From Candidatus Saccharimonadota bacterium (GTDB lineage: Bacteria; Pseudomonadota; Alphaproteobacteria; CAJXXZ01; 1604HC), in the NCBI RefSeq assembly GCF_008189525.1, contig NZ_CP043314.1, positions 1 to 32,000 of the forward strand: a stretch of 32,000 nucleotides of DNA, in the 5' to 3' direction. This document shows, piece by piece, positions 18,557 through 26,870 of this stretch. Made by a program: the position numbers and the translations under genes. Every line of letters starts with the position of its first letter. Position 1 is the first letter of the stretch. The notes beneath the pieces are model-generated. The model was given only the letters and a program-made list of their open reading frames with translations. It made no database searches and was not told the origin of the DNA.

Positions 18557-19555
18557 ATGCACAATTTAGTCATACTTAGCGGAGGTTGGGAAGAAAAAGA
18601 AGCATCCATAGGGTTGAAAAATCTTTTTTACCCTGCTTTGAAAGATAAATACTCCGTATTCGTTATAGATCCAGCTGATTATATATCTGAAGAAGAAGCA
18701 AACAGATGTTTCGAAATAAAGAGATTTGATGAAAATGGTAGAATATTCTCTGAAGCGGAAAATTGCATACGTTCAGAGATATTAAAAATAAACCCAGTTT
18801 TGGTTGTTAATCTGATGCCAGGATTATGGGGAGAAGATGGTAGAGCACAAATGTTGCTAAATAACATAGGAGTACAATATACAGGCCCTTCTGCTTGTGA
18901 TGCTTATATTACATTTGACAAATATAAAACTATACAAATAGTTAAGAAGCTAGGAGTGAAATGTCCAGAAAGTCATATGATGAACCTGGAAGAATATAAA
19001 AAAGTAGATTTATACCCACATATAGTTAAAAATCCTAAATCTGGATCATCGAATCAAGTTTATTACGTTGATAGTGAAAGTGCAAAACAAGAAGTTGTCG
19101 ATGGCTGGTCTGCAGATTTCGTTGTCGAAAATGTTCTTCCTGGATTAGAATATGCTTTTGCAGTTTTGAGTGGGAGTGTTATAGGTGGAATAGAAATTAA
19201 GCATGAAAAACCTATATATTCAAAAGAATGTAAACAAACTGGAAATGGTGTTAGCTTTAGAGATGCTACTGAGGTTCTCAAGGATGATGTTCTGGAGAAA
19301 GTAAAGGATTATTGCTCTAAAATCTATATTGAGCTAAATATGTCTGGAATTTGTAGAATAGATTTTAAGATAGAATATGATTGTGTATATTTTTTGGAAG
19401 TAAATAGTATACCAGGGAATACATTGGTTCCTAGAATTTTTAATTATGCTGATTTAGATTTAGAAAATATGGTGAATATGCACATAAATAATGCAAACAC
19501 ACCTGCTCTTAGTAAGTGTGAGTCTGCAGATAGTGAGAAAAGAAGAATTATTTAA
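18557..19555 (+). CDS. ddl: D-alanine--D-alanine ligase
   Basis: 332 aa, ATP-grasp. ILSGGWEEKEASIGL N-terminus, GEDG motif, EVNSIPG near the C-terminus. Immediately follows murB, as in many dcw clusters. Confidence 0.9.
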   Translation: MHNLVILSGGWEEKEASIGLKNLFYPALKDKYSVFVIDPADYISEEEANRCFEIKRFDENGRIFSEAENCIRSEILKINPVLVVNLMPGLWGEDGRAQMLLNNIGVQYTGPSACDAYITFDKYKTIQIVKKLGVKCPESHMMNLEEYKKVDLYPHIVKNPKSGSSNQVYYVDSESAKQEVVDGWSADFVVENVLPGLEYAFAVLSGSVIGGIEIKHEKPIYSKECKQTGNGVSFRDATEVLKDDVLEKVKDYCSKIYIELNMSGICRIDFKIEYDCVYFLEVNSIPGNTLVPRIFNYADLDLENMVNMHINNANTPALSKCESADSEKRRII

Positions 19556-19716
19556 GATTTTATTTAGTTGCAATATTTTAAATAATTCTAATTTATTTTA
19601 AGCGCTGATTTCAGCTGTCTGTTAATTTCTTGTAAATAGATTCGATTAATGTTTCTATCGGAGCTTGTTTTGTTTTTGTTATGTTGTAGTTTATATTTTT
19701 TAGTTTGTTTTAATTA

Positions 19717-21096
19717 CTAATTTCCAGAAAAATGTATTGAGTATATTTTCTTTTTTATAAATGTAATTAATAGAAAAAAGATATGTACGTACGCACTAAT
19801 GAGACTGCATAAAATTATTTGAGATCCAGAGCTATGGAAAAACATCAATAGAGCTAGGTAAGAAAAGCATTGAACTATTGATGTATACATAGGTACTTTA
19901 TTCATTTGCAAAGAGAAAAACACTGCTGCAAATATTTTCACTAAAGAATAAGCTGGAACCATAAGAATATACAATTTCAGGTATTGAGAAATTTGTATTA
20001 TAGAATCCAGGTTATTTTTGTTGCTAGAATAAATAGAATATGAGATCTGATAGCTAAAATTTGTTACAAATACAATCACTAGTGTAGAAATTATTAGTGA
20101 AAAAATAATAGATTGTTTAAGTATTTTTCTTGCCTTTTTATATTCTGAGCTTTTTATATGAGCAGATAAGTAAGATATAAGTGTTGTTCCTATAGAGCTG
20201 CCTATTAAGCTTATTGGGACTTGTGACATTTTTTCAGCGTTAGACATTTGCGTTATGATTTTCGGAGCTAAGAAACTAGACACAAAAATAGAGATTAGTG
20301 TAGTTATCTGCATGCTACTAGAGGATAGCAATATATGGGAAAATTTCTTCATTAAGATCTTGTTATCTAAAGAGAATTGATGATTGTTTTTTATTTTCCT
20401 TACATCTTTCGGAATGTTGAAGTATATCCAAATTGTTTGCAGAGAAACTCCAAATAAAATTCCAAACCCTAGGAATATTAACTTGTTAAATTTCATTCCA
20501 ATCAGAATTAGAGACATTGCTCCTATGTTTATGAAAGAGGATGAAATAGAAGAGGCTGCAAATTTCTTTTTGTAATTTAGATAGCTAGACCAAGAGCTAT
20601 TAATAGATATCAATGTTATGGCTGGGAAAATTATTTTCATAAATTTAGATGCCCATTCTTTTGTTTCATATGTTAGCCCAGGAGCTATACAAGAAATTAT
20701 ATTTTTAGAAAATATAATTACAATTATGCTTATGAATGTCATTGTGAATAGAATTTTGTAGCAGAACTGTTGCAAGAATTTACTTTGCTTCTCTTCAGGC
20801 ATTTGTGAAAGAACAGGTATTAATATATTGTTCATAGCTCCTTCAGATATTACTTTCCTAAAAAAAGATGGTATTTTTGAAGCTATATAGTATGCATCAG
20901 TTATATGCCCTATTCCTGCCCAATGAGTTATAAGAATATCTCTTAAAAGTCCAAGCACCCTAGACAGCATGGTTGTGCTAGCTATTATTAGATTGTTTGC
21001 TGTAAATGAACTAGGCATGAGATTCCTCAAGCTAGAGTTGTAAGCTACGGTAATTGCATGTCTTATTTTTGTATACATTTTATTTCTAACCCTCAT
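19717..21096 (-). CDS. murJ: Lipid II flippase MurJ (MviN)
   Basis: 459 aa polytopic membrane protein. N-terminal MLSRVLGLLRDILITHWAG is the MurJ signature. The start may be an internal Met (M7 or M27). Confidence 0.85.
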   Translation of the reverse strand: MRVRNKMYTKIRHAITVAYNSSLRNLMPSSFTANNLIIASTTMLSRVLGLLRDILITHWAGIGHITDAYYIASKIPSFFRKVISEGAMNNILIPVLSQMPEEKQSKFLQQFCYKILFTMTFISIIVIIFSKNIISCIAPGLTYETKEWASKFMKIIFPAITLISINSSWSSYLNYKKKFAASSISSSFINIGAMSLILIGMKFNKLIFLGFGILFGVSLQTIWIYFNIPKDVRKIKNNHQFSLDNKILMKKFSHILLSSSSMQITTLISIFVSSFLAPKIITQMSNAEKMSQVPISLIGSSIGTTLISYLSAHIKSSEYKKARKILKQSIIFSLIISTLVIVFVTNFSYQISYSIYSSNKNNLDSIIQISQYLKLYILMVPAYSLVKIFAAVFFSLQMNKVPMYTSIVQCFSYLALLMFFHSSGSQIILCSLISAYVHIFFLLITFIKKKIYSIHFSGN

Positions 21097-21328
21097 TTTG
21101 AATTTACTATATAGAACTTAATAGTCAAATATTTATTAAAAATTAACTAAGATAATATAATATATGTTGTCTAAATCTTGCTAAATAACTCACTCCTAAC
21201 AATTGATATAATGCTTACAATTTATTTAAACTAAAGCATATCAAAGTGCCATAAATCAGATTTTCTTATAGAATTTATTCATTATATTTATTTCTTTTTA
21301 TATGGTAGATGAGTATAAGAAAAAATAA

Positions 21329-21357
21329 TTGACTTTTGAAATCTTTGAGTACATTAT
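21329..21357 (+). promoter_or_regulatory. Candidate sigma70-type promoter of the peroxiredoxin gene
   Basis: TTGACT (21329-21334), 17-nt spacer, CATTAT (21352-21357), just upstream of the GGAGGA SD at 21367-21372. This implies a very short leader. Confidence 0.3.
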
Positions 21358-21379
21358 CACTTAGATGGAGGAATTTTAT

Positions 21380-21901
21380 ATGAAAGGCTTGGGAGAAAGG
21401 TTTCCTGATTTTATTTTAGATGCTGTAACGGGTTCAAAGGGAGAAGTCAAAAAGATAAACTCAAAGTCCTATCCAGATCATTGGTTAGTGGTTTTCTTTT
21501 GGCCATTTGATTTTACTTTCGTATGTCCTACTGAAATTTCAGAATTTTCTGACAAAGAAGGAGAGTTCACAAAAAGAAATACTAAAGTTCTTGGAGTAAG
21601 TGCTGATTCTGCTTGGTCTCATTCTACCTGGAAGAATATAGATCCGAATATGGGAAAGATAACCTTCCCAATGCTTTCAGATTTCAATAAGACATTAAGT
21701 TCTGATCTGGGAATATTAAATGTAGATGGAGCTCCAGAAAGAGCAACTTACATAGTAGACAGAGATATGATTATAAGAAATGTAGTTGTTTACGATAGAA
21801 ATGTGGGCAGAAATGTAGATGAAACTATTAGAGTTTTGGATGCTTTGCAAAATGGTAACTTATGTCCTGTCAATTGGAAAAAAGGTGACTCTACCTTGTA
21901 A
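21380..21901 (+). CDS. Typical 2-Cys peroxiredoxin (AhpC/Tsa family)
   Basis: ORF track starts at 21365. ATG 21380 lies 7 nt after a perfect GGAGGA. Peroxidatic Cys motif FFWPFDFTFVCPTE, resolving Cys in LCPVNW. Confidence 0.9.
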   Translation: MKGLGERFPDFILDAVTGSKGEVKKINSKSYPDHWLVVFFWPFDFTFVCPTEISEFSDKEGEFTKRNTKVLGVSADSAWSHSTWKNIDPNMGKITFPMLSDFNKTLSSDLGILNVDGAPERATYIVDRDMIIRNVVVYDRNVGRNVDETIRVLDALQNGNLCPVNWKKGDSTL

Positions 21902-22103
21902 ATTTTTTACAAATCGAGATTTGGTTAGTTAATTTTTGTTTGTTTTGTTTGTTTTATGATTTGATTGTACGCGGTAATTAAAATCATATAGTTTAGTTTC
22001 TGTAGTATGCTTTTAGTATATTTATATATTGCTTTTGCCTGATACATCAGAGTTATATCTGCTTATATTATTAATAACCCTATTTATTTAATGACTTGAT
22101 ATA

Positions 22104-22901
22104 TTACTCATTTCTTAAAATATCATTTATCTTTGATTTATCTTGTACAGAATCAAATGTTTTCGCAACAATATTACAGCTTATGTATACTTGGCCAGAT
22201 TTATAAAATCCTGGGACTATAAGGCTTAATTCTGGAATTTTATCTAAAATCTCCCCTTCTCTGTTTAGAAGTTTAGTGGAATTGGTTATTTTTACACCAG
22301 AAGCGATTATACATCCGTATGGTACTTTGGCTCCCTCTGAAATTAAGCATTGAGCACCTACAAACACATTATCATCTATTATGACTGGATTTGAGTTTGA
22401 AGGCTCTAAAACACCAGCAATTACTGTGTTGGAAGATATATGGCACTTTGATCCTATGTATGCACAAGAACCAACTGTAACTCCGCTATCTATCATTGTT
22501 TTTTGTCCTATCTGGGCTCCAATATTTATAAATGAATTCGACATGACAACAACATCATCAGATATGTTTACACCTCTCCTGATCCAGCATCCAGCAACCA
22601 ATCTATATGTCTTATTAAGCAAAGTTTCATTATTCATGGTTTCTGTTAGGAAAGGTATTTTATCAGACCATTTAATTACATTTTGTATTTCGAACATGCT
22701 TTTTTCTAGCTTGAAAAGCTTGTTTAATTCTAGCATCGCTTTTTTATCAACAAACCAGCTGTTCTTAGCTGATTTATGATCTTTATGTACAGCTTTTCTT
22801 TCCCCTGATTCAAATTGATTTAGAATTTCAGATATTTCTTTTTGTAGATTATTTTTAGAATTACTATTGATCACTGTTTTGTTGTTAAGTTCTGTATTCA
22901 T
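22104..22901 (-). CDS. dapD: 2,3,4,5-tetrahydropyridine-2,6-dicarboxylate N-succinyltransferase
   Basis: 265 aa. C-terminal left-handed beta-helix hexapeptide repeats (IGAQIG..IDSGVTVGSCAYIGSKCHISSNTVIAG...IDDNVFVGAQCLISEGAKV) with a DapD-like N-terminal domain. Confidence 0.88.
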   Translation of the reverse strand: MNTELNNKTVINSNSKNNLQKEISEILNQFESGERKAVHKDHKSAKNSWFVDKKAMLELNKLFKLEKSMFEIQNVIKWSDKIPFLTETMNNETLLNKTYRLVAGCWIRRGVNISDDVVVMSNSFINIGAQIGQKTMIDSGVTVGSCAYIGSKCHISSNTVIAGVLEPSNSNPVIIDDNVFVGAQCLISEGAKVPYGCIIASGVKITNSTKLLNREGEILDKIPELSLIVPGFYKSGQVYISCNIVAKTFDSVQDKSKINDILRNE

Positions 22902-23091
22902 GTATTTATCATAATGCTTTTATGAGAATAAAGCTTATAGAAGACTGAAAATAAAATCATTCGTATTGTTTTGTTATGCAGTCATGTAGTTTGTTTATAA
23001 TTTAATGCTTGGTTTTGTATATTTAATATTTTATTAAGATTTATTTCGTAATTTGTTTGAATTCGAAGAAATGAAAATTAAGGAATAAGAA

Positions 23092-24426
23092 ATGGAAAAA
23101 ATGGAAAATAGAAAAAGTAATAGCATAAGTAATTCAAAAATCTTATCTGGAGTGCAAAGTAGTAACATTTTTGCAGAATTTATAACTCCAAAATTATTTA
23201 TGAGAATGTTACCTTGGATTGATCTAGAAACAGGTATTTTTAGGATAAACAGAGTTTATAAAAACAAATCTTATGCTTCTGATATGGATTTGGAATCTAT
23301 TTCTAAAATTCCTATTTTTAATGGTTTAGCTCAAGAAAAAATCAACTTTTTGAAAGAGAATTGTGTAGTAAAAGATTGTTCATTGGGAGATGAAATTATT
23401 GATGACAAGAAATCACTTTATGTAATTCTAAGTGGAGAATATCAACTAAACACACTTAATCAAAATAATAGAAAAGTTGTAGTTGCTAATTTGGCTTCTG
23501 GTAAGTTCTTCAAAAAGAAAAATTCTTGTTCTCATTCTGTGATGTTAAAAACTTTTATGCCTGGGAAATTAATGATTGTTCCTGAAGAAGTTGTTAATAA
23601 AATCTTTGATGCATCTCATAAAGATAATTATTTGGAGAAGCCTATATCTTGTAAGTACGATTATGAGACTGGAGAGCAAGTTTGTTCTTTGATTTCTTCA
23701 TACGAAGGGGAGCCTGAAATTCCTAGAGGATTCACAAAATACTCAGAGAATCCTAAGGAAATAGAGTTAGATGTTATACAGGCAGTGACAGGATTACATA
23801 CCAGAGTTCACGAGCTGTACAATAATCCTAATCCTCAATTGGAATCTCAGTTAAGGATTGTAATTGCGAACATATTGGAAAGAGAAGAATGGGAGATTTT
23901 TAATAACTCTAATCATGGTTTAATAAATCAAGTTTCTATGGATAGGATAATGACTACAAGGACAGGTCCAGCTACACCAGAAGATCTAGATGATTTGTTA
24001 GCTTTATTATGGAAAGAGCCTTCTGTTATAGTTGCTCATCCTAAAGCAATCGCTTCTTTTGGAAGGGAATGTACGAAACGAGGAGTTCCTCCTGTAGTAG
24101 AAGAAGTTTTTGGTTCTAAAGTTATAACATGGAGAGGTGTTCCAATAATTCCATGTGATAAGATGCCTATAAAAACAAACGGATTAGGTTACAAAACTAC
24201 AAGCATGATGGCCATAAGGCTTGGTTATGAAAAGCAGGGAGTAGTAGGATTGCATAAGAAAGAAGTTTCTTATGGTGGGGTGCCTAGTTTAAGTGTAAAG
24301 AAAATGGGCATAGATGAAAACTCAGTGATGAATTATTTGGTAAGCAAATATTACAATGTCGTAGCTTTGGTTGATGATTCAATGGCAATGCTTACAAATA
24401 TAGAAATAGGTCATTACCATGACTGA
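23092..24426 (+). CDS. Family 2 (2B-type) encapsulin nanocompartment shell protein with inserted cNMP-binding-like domain
   Basis: 444 aa, AAGGA SD. aa ~68-172 resemble a CRP/PKA-type cNMP-binding fold (IPIFNGL..., DEIIDD..SLYVILSGEY, VVANLASGKFF). The protein has no C-terminal helix-turn-helix. aa ~175-444 instead carry capsid-like blocks I recognise from Family 2 encapsulins (TRTGPATPEDLDDLLALLW, ITWRGVPIIPCDKMP, MNYLVSKYYNVVALVDDSMAMLTNIEI). Overlaps a cysteine desulfurase gene by 8 nt. Confidence 0.8.
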   Translation: MEKMENRKSNSISNSKILSGVQSSNIFAEFITPKLFMRMLPWIDLETGIFRINRVYKNKSYASDMDLESISKIPIFNGLAQEKINFLKENCVVKDCSLGDEIIDDKKSLYVILSGEYQLNTLNQNNRKVVVANLASGKFFKKKNSCSHSVMLKTFMPGKLMIVPEEVVNKIFDASHKDNYLEKPISCKYDYETGEQVCSLISSYEGEPEIPRGFTKYSENPKEIELDVIQAVTGLHTRVHELYNNPNPQLESQLRIVIANILEREEWEIFNNSNHGLINQVSMDRIMTTRTGPATPEDLDDLLALLWKEPSVIVAHPKAIASFGRECTKRGVPPVVEEVFGSKVITWRGVPIIPCDKMPIKTNGLGYKTTSMMAIRLGYEKQGVVGLHKKEVSYGGVPSLSVKKMGIDENSVMNYLVSKYYNVVALVDDSMAMLTNIEIGHYHD

Positions 24427-26071
24427 ACTAAGCTTTAAGTTTAGTAAAGTAAAATCTATTGTAGAGTCAGAAAAAGAAAATGCGAAAGTTGTAAAAGTCT
24501 CTGTGAAAGAGACTGCTAGAGAGAATTTTGATATTAGAGCTGATTTTAGAAATCTAAATAATAATTTAAATAATGAATCTGATGTAGAAAGTGCAGTCAA
24601 TGAGTCTAATACAGATATTATGAAGAATACTAAAAATAGCAAATTGAACGAATCTAATTACATATCTACAAAATCTAGTTTAATGAAGAATAAAATTCAG
24701 TCTGACAGTTGTGTGGAGTTTTGTAACTCATATGCTTATGGTTCTAATTTTATAAACAATAATAACCTTCATAATTCTTTTGATAGGAGTGATCAGCATG
24801 GTCACGAAAGTGATCAGCATGGCTATAGAAGTATTAATCATGGTAAAAGCTCAGTATCAAAAAAAACTCATTACGATTTCTTTGGTAGAAGCGTAAGAAA
24901 TGATTTTCCGATACTTTCTAGAGTAGTAAATGGGAACAAAATAGTTTGGTTAGATAATGCTGCTACAACTCAGAAGCCTGCAAAAGTAATAGAATCTTTA
25001 GTGCATTATTATTCTGTTCATAACTCTAATGTTCATAGAGGTGTTCATACTCTTTCTCAAGAAGCATCGCAACTTTTTGATGAATCCAGGGAAGTAGTTA
25101 GGAATTTCATAAACGCAGAGAAATCTGATGACATAATTTTTACTAAAGGAGCTACAGAAGGGTTTAATTTAATATCGAATGCATACCTTTTGCCTAGCTT
25201 GAATCCTGGAGATGAAATTATTATAAGTAATTTAGAGCATCACTCTAATATACTTCCTTGGAAAGTTGTCGCAGAAAAAACTGGAGCTGTTTTGAAAGTA
25301 GTTAAGATGGATCAAAGTGCTAATTTCTTGATTGAAGATTACGAAAGATTGTTGAGCAGTCGTACTAAGTTAGTTTCTGTTACTCAAGTCTCTAATGCAG
25401 TAGGGACTTCTGTGCCTATTAGAGATGTTGTGGAGATGGCTCACAGAGTTGGTGCTAAAGTGGTTGTTGATGGAGCTCAATCTATTTCTCATATGCCTGT
25501 TGATATGCAGGATTTAGGGTGTGATTTTTTTGTTTTCTCTGGACATAAAATGTTCGCTCCTACTGGAACTGGAGTGGTTTTTGCTAAGCATGGTTTGCTA
25601 GGAAATCCATACCAAGTTGGAGGAGGTATGATAAGAAATGTTACATACAATGAAGTGGAATATGCTAATTCTCCGTTTAGATACGAAGCTGGCACTCCTA
25701 ATTTAGCAGATATAGAAGGTCTAAAAGCAGCAATAAATTATTTAGAGGGAATTGGTATGGAAAATGTCTATGATTACGAGCATGGGTTGATGGAGTATGC
25801 AATGCAGAAAATATTACAAGTGCAAAAAATCAGACTTGTAGGTGATCCTGACAGCAGGATTGGAATCATACCATTTGTAATGAATGGATTAGAAAATGAC
25901 TATGTAGGAAAAATGCTAGACAAAAAAGGTGTGGCTGTAAGAACTGGACATCATTGCGCGCAGCCAGCTATGAATTCGCTTGGATTCTCTGGAACAGTGA
26001 GAGCATCTCTTGCCTTGTATAATACTCATGAAGATATAGATAAAATGGTTTCGATTCTCTCATCTCTTTGA
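24419..26071 (+). CDS. SufS/CsdA-type (group II) cysteine desulfurase with ~155-aa disordered N-terminal extension (putative encapsulin cargo)
   Basis: 550 aa. The catalytic domain starts near RNDFPILSRVVNGNKIVWLDNAATTQKP. NVHRGVH, PLP lysine in FSGHKM (AAA 25547-25549), catalytic Cys in RTGHHCAQP (TGC 25955-25957). aa 1-155 are K/N/S/E-rich with no fold I recognise. The ATG lies inside the shell gene's last codons (ATGACTGA). Confidence 0.9.
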   Translation: MTELSFKFSKVKSIVESEKENAKVVKVSVKETARENFDIRADFRNLNNNLNNESDVESAVNESNTDIMKNTKNSKLNESNYISTKSSLMKNKIQSDSCVEFCNSYAYGSNFINNNNLHNSFDRSDQHGHESDQHGYRSINHGKSSVSKKTHYDFFGRSVRNDFPILSRVVNGNKIVWLDNAATTQKPAKVIESLVHYYSVHNSNVHRGVHTLSQEASQLFDESREVVRNFINAEKSDDIIFTKGATEGFNLISNAYLLPSLNPGDEIIISNLEHHSNILPWKVVAEKTGAVLKVVKMDQSANFLIEDYERLLSSRTKLVSVTQVSNAVGTSVPIRDVVEMAHRVGAKVVVDGAQSISHMPVDMQDLGCDFFVFSGHKMFAPTGTGVVFAKHGLLGNPYQVGGGMIRNVTYNEVEYANSPFRYEAGTPNLADIEGLKAAINYLEGIGMENVYDYEHGLMEYAMQKILQVQKIRLVGDPDSRIGIIPFVMNGLENDYVGKMLDKKGVAVRTGHHCAQPAMNSLGFSGTVRASLALYNTHEDIDKMVSILSSL

Positions 26072-26093
26072 TTCGATTCTCTCACCTATTTGA
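26051..26093 (+). repeat. Tandem 21-nt duplication spanning the desulfurase stop codon
   Basis: TCGATTCTCTCATCTCTTTGA (26051-26071, encoding SILSSL plus stop) recurs as TCGATTCTCTCACCTATTTGA (26073-26093). Period 22 nt, 2 mismatches. Confidence 0.8.
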
Positions 26094-26153
26094 CTATTCT
26101 GTTTGTTTTTTATATCTTGCATGGTTTCTATTTTTTAGCATATGTTCTCTAAA

Positions 26154-26181
26154 TTGACTTTTAGGATCATGCTGATATCAT
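26154..26181 (+). promoter_or_regulatory. Candidate sigma70-type promoter of tRNA-Cys
   Basis: TTGACT (26154-26159), 16-nt spacer, TATCAT (26176-26181), with the -10 box ending 9 nt before the tRNA 5' end. Confidence 0.4.
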
Positions 26182-26190
26182 ATATCTTGT

Positions 26191-26262
26191 GGCCGAGTGG
26201 CAGAATGGCTTATGCAGAGGACTGCAAATCCTTTTATATCGGTTCGATTCCGGTCTCGGCCT
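26191..26262 (+). tRNA. tRNA-Cys (anticodon GCA)
   Basis: 72 nt. Acceptor stem GGCCGAG/CTCGGCC, anticodon arm GAGGA-CTGCAAA-TCCTT, T arm ATCGG-TTCGATT-CCGGT. Discriminator U73, the known CysRS identity element. No encoded CCA (followed by CAC). Confidence 0.95.
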
Positions 26263-26870
26263 CACAAATTTATTTAAACGCTTGTTTGAATGATTTCCTA
26301 AGTTATTTGAAATGCATTAATAAAATATATTAAAGAAATTTTAAACCGTATCTAAATCTTGTCTAATTCTTAATCATGAAATAATCTAATTATTTTGTTT
26401 GAAATGATTTGGAAGTATAGAAGTAACCTGATAACAAATTTAAAAAATGTACAATGAAAATATAGATAAGCTGCAAATACAGGGATCTGCTGAGATTGTT
26501 ATTGAAATGACTGTGTTTAAGATTTTGTTAAAATTTCCTTTCCTGACATGAAATTTATTTCACAATATTAGTTTTGGGTTATAAATTGTGTTTAAAGTTT
26601 TCTTTGTTTTTAAGTATTTTTATAAAATATTTTGAAAAGATAATTTGTGATTTTTATCTTGCCAATGATTTGCTTTTTTAAGCTGTAATTGTGTTTAGTA
26701 AATTTCTTCACATAAATATGCTTTGTTCTTTATGTTTTGTCCTTTTGAGTGCTTAGATTTCTCAAAAATGAATGTTTTTGTTTAGAAAATATTTATTTCT
26801 ACAAAAGAAGTAATAAAGCATTTTGAATTGTAATTGATTTTGATAATATGTTTAGAAGAGTTTTTCAAAG

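Noticed and set aside
22381-22779. 132-aa plus-strand ORF. The same applies to other antisense ORFs such as 9722-10069, 16100-16408, 29509-29799, 30296-30529, 4253-4477 and 5039-5269.
   Set aside because: All lie entirely inside, and antisense to, strongly supported conserved genes (dapD, dapF, the hypothetical gene, pyrG, cca). They have biased composition and no motifs.
22966-23037. Specific promoter call for the encapsulin operon (TTGTTA-19-TATAAT at 22971-23001, or TTGGTT-17-TATTAA at 23009-23037).
   Set aside because: There are two competing, imperfect candidates in very AT-rich DNA. I cannot choose between them without TSS data, so neither is listed as a feature.
23092-24426. Reading the 444-aa protein as a CRP/FNR-family transcription factor because of its cNMP-binding-like region.
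   Set aside because: No helix-turn-helix follows the cNMP domain. Instead there are ~65 aa before it and ~270 aa after it with capsid-like conserved blocks. The gene is also translationally coupled to a desulfurase with a disordered N-terminus, the known encapsulin cargo signature.
24379-24642. 87-aa minus-strand ORF spanning the shell/desulfurase junction.
   Set aside because: Antisense to two well-supported, overlapping genes. The sequence is low-complexity with no SD or family resemblance.
26191-26262. A functional link between tRNA-Cys and the cysteine desulfurase 120 bp upstream (co-transcription, cysteine-sensing).
   Set aside because: The tRNA has its own good TTGACT-16-TATCAT promoter, and there is no T-box or leader-like structure. 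The adjacency is most simply coincidence.
26142-26333. 63-aa ORF on the plus strand.
   Set aside because: It is read straight through the tRNA-Cys gene, so it is an artefact.
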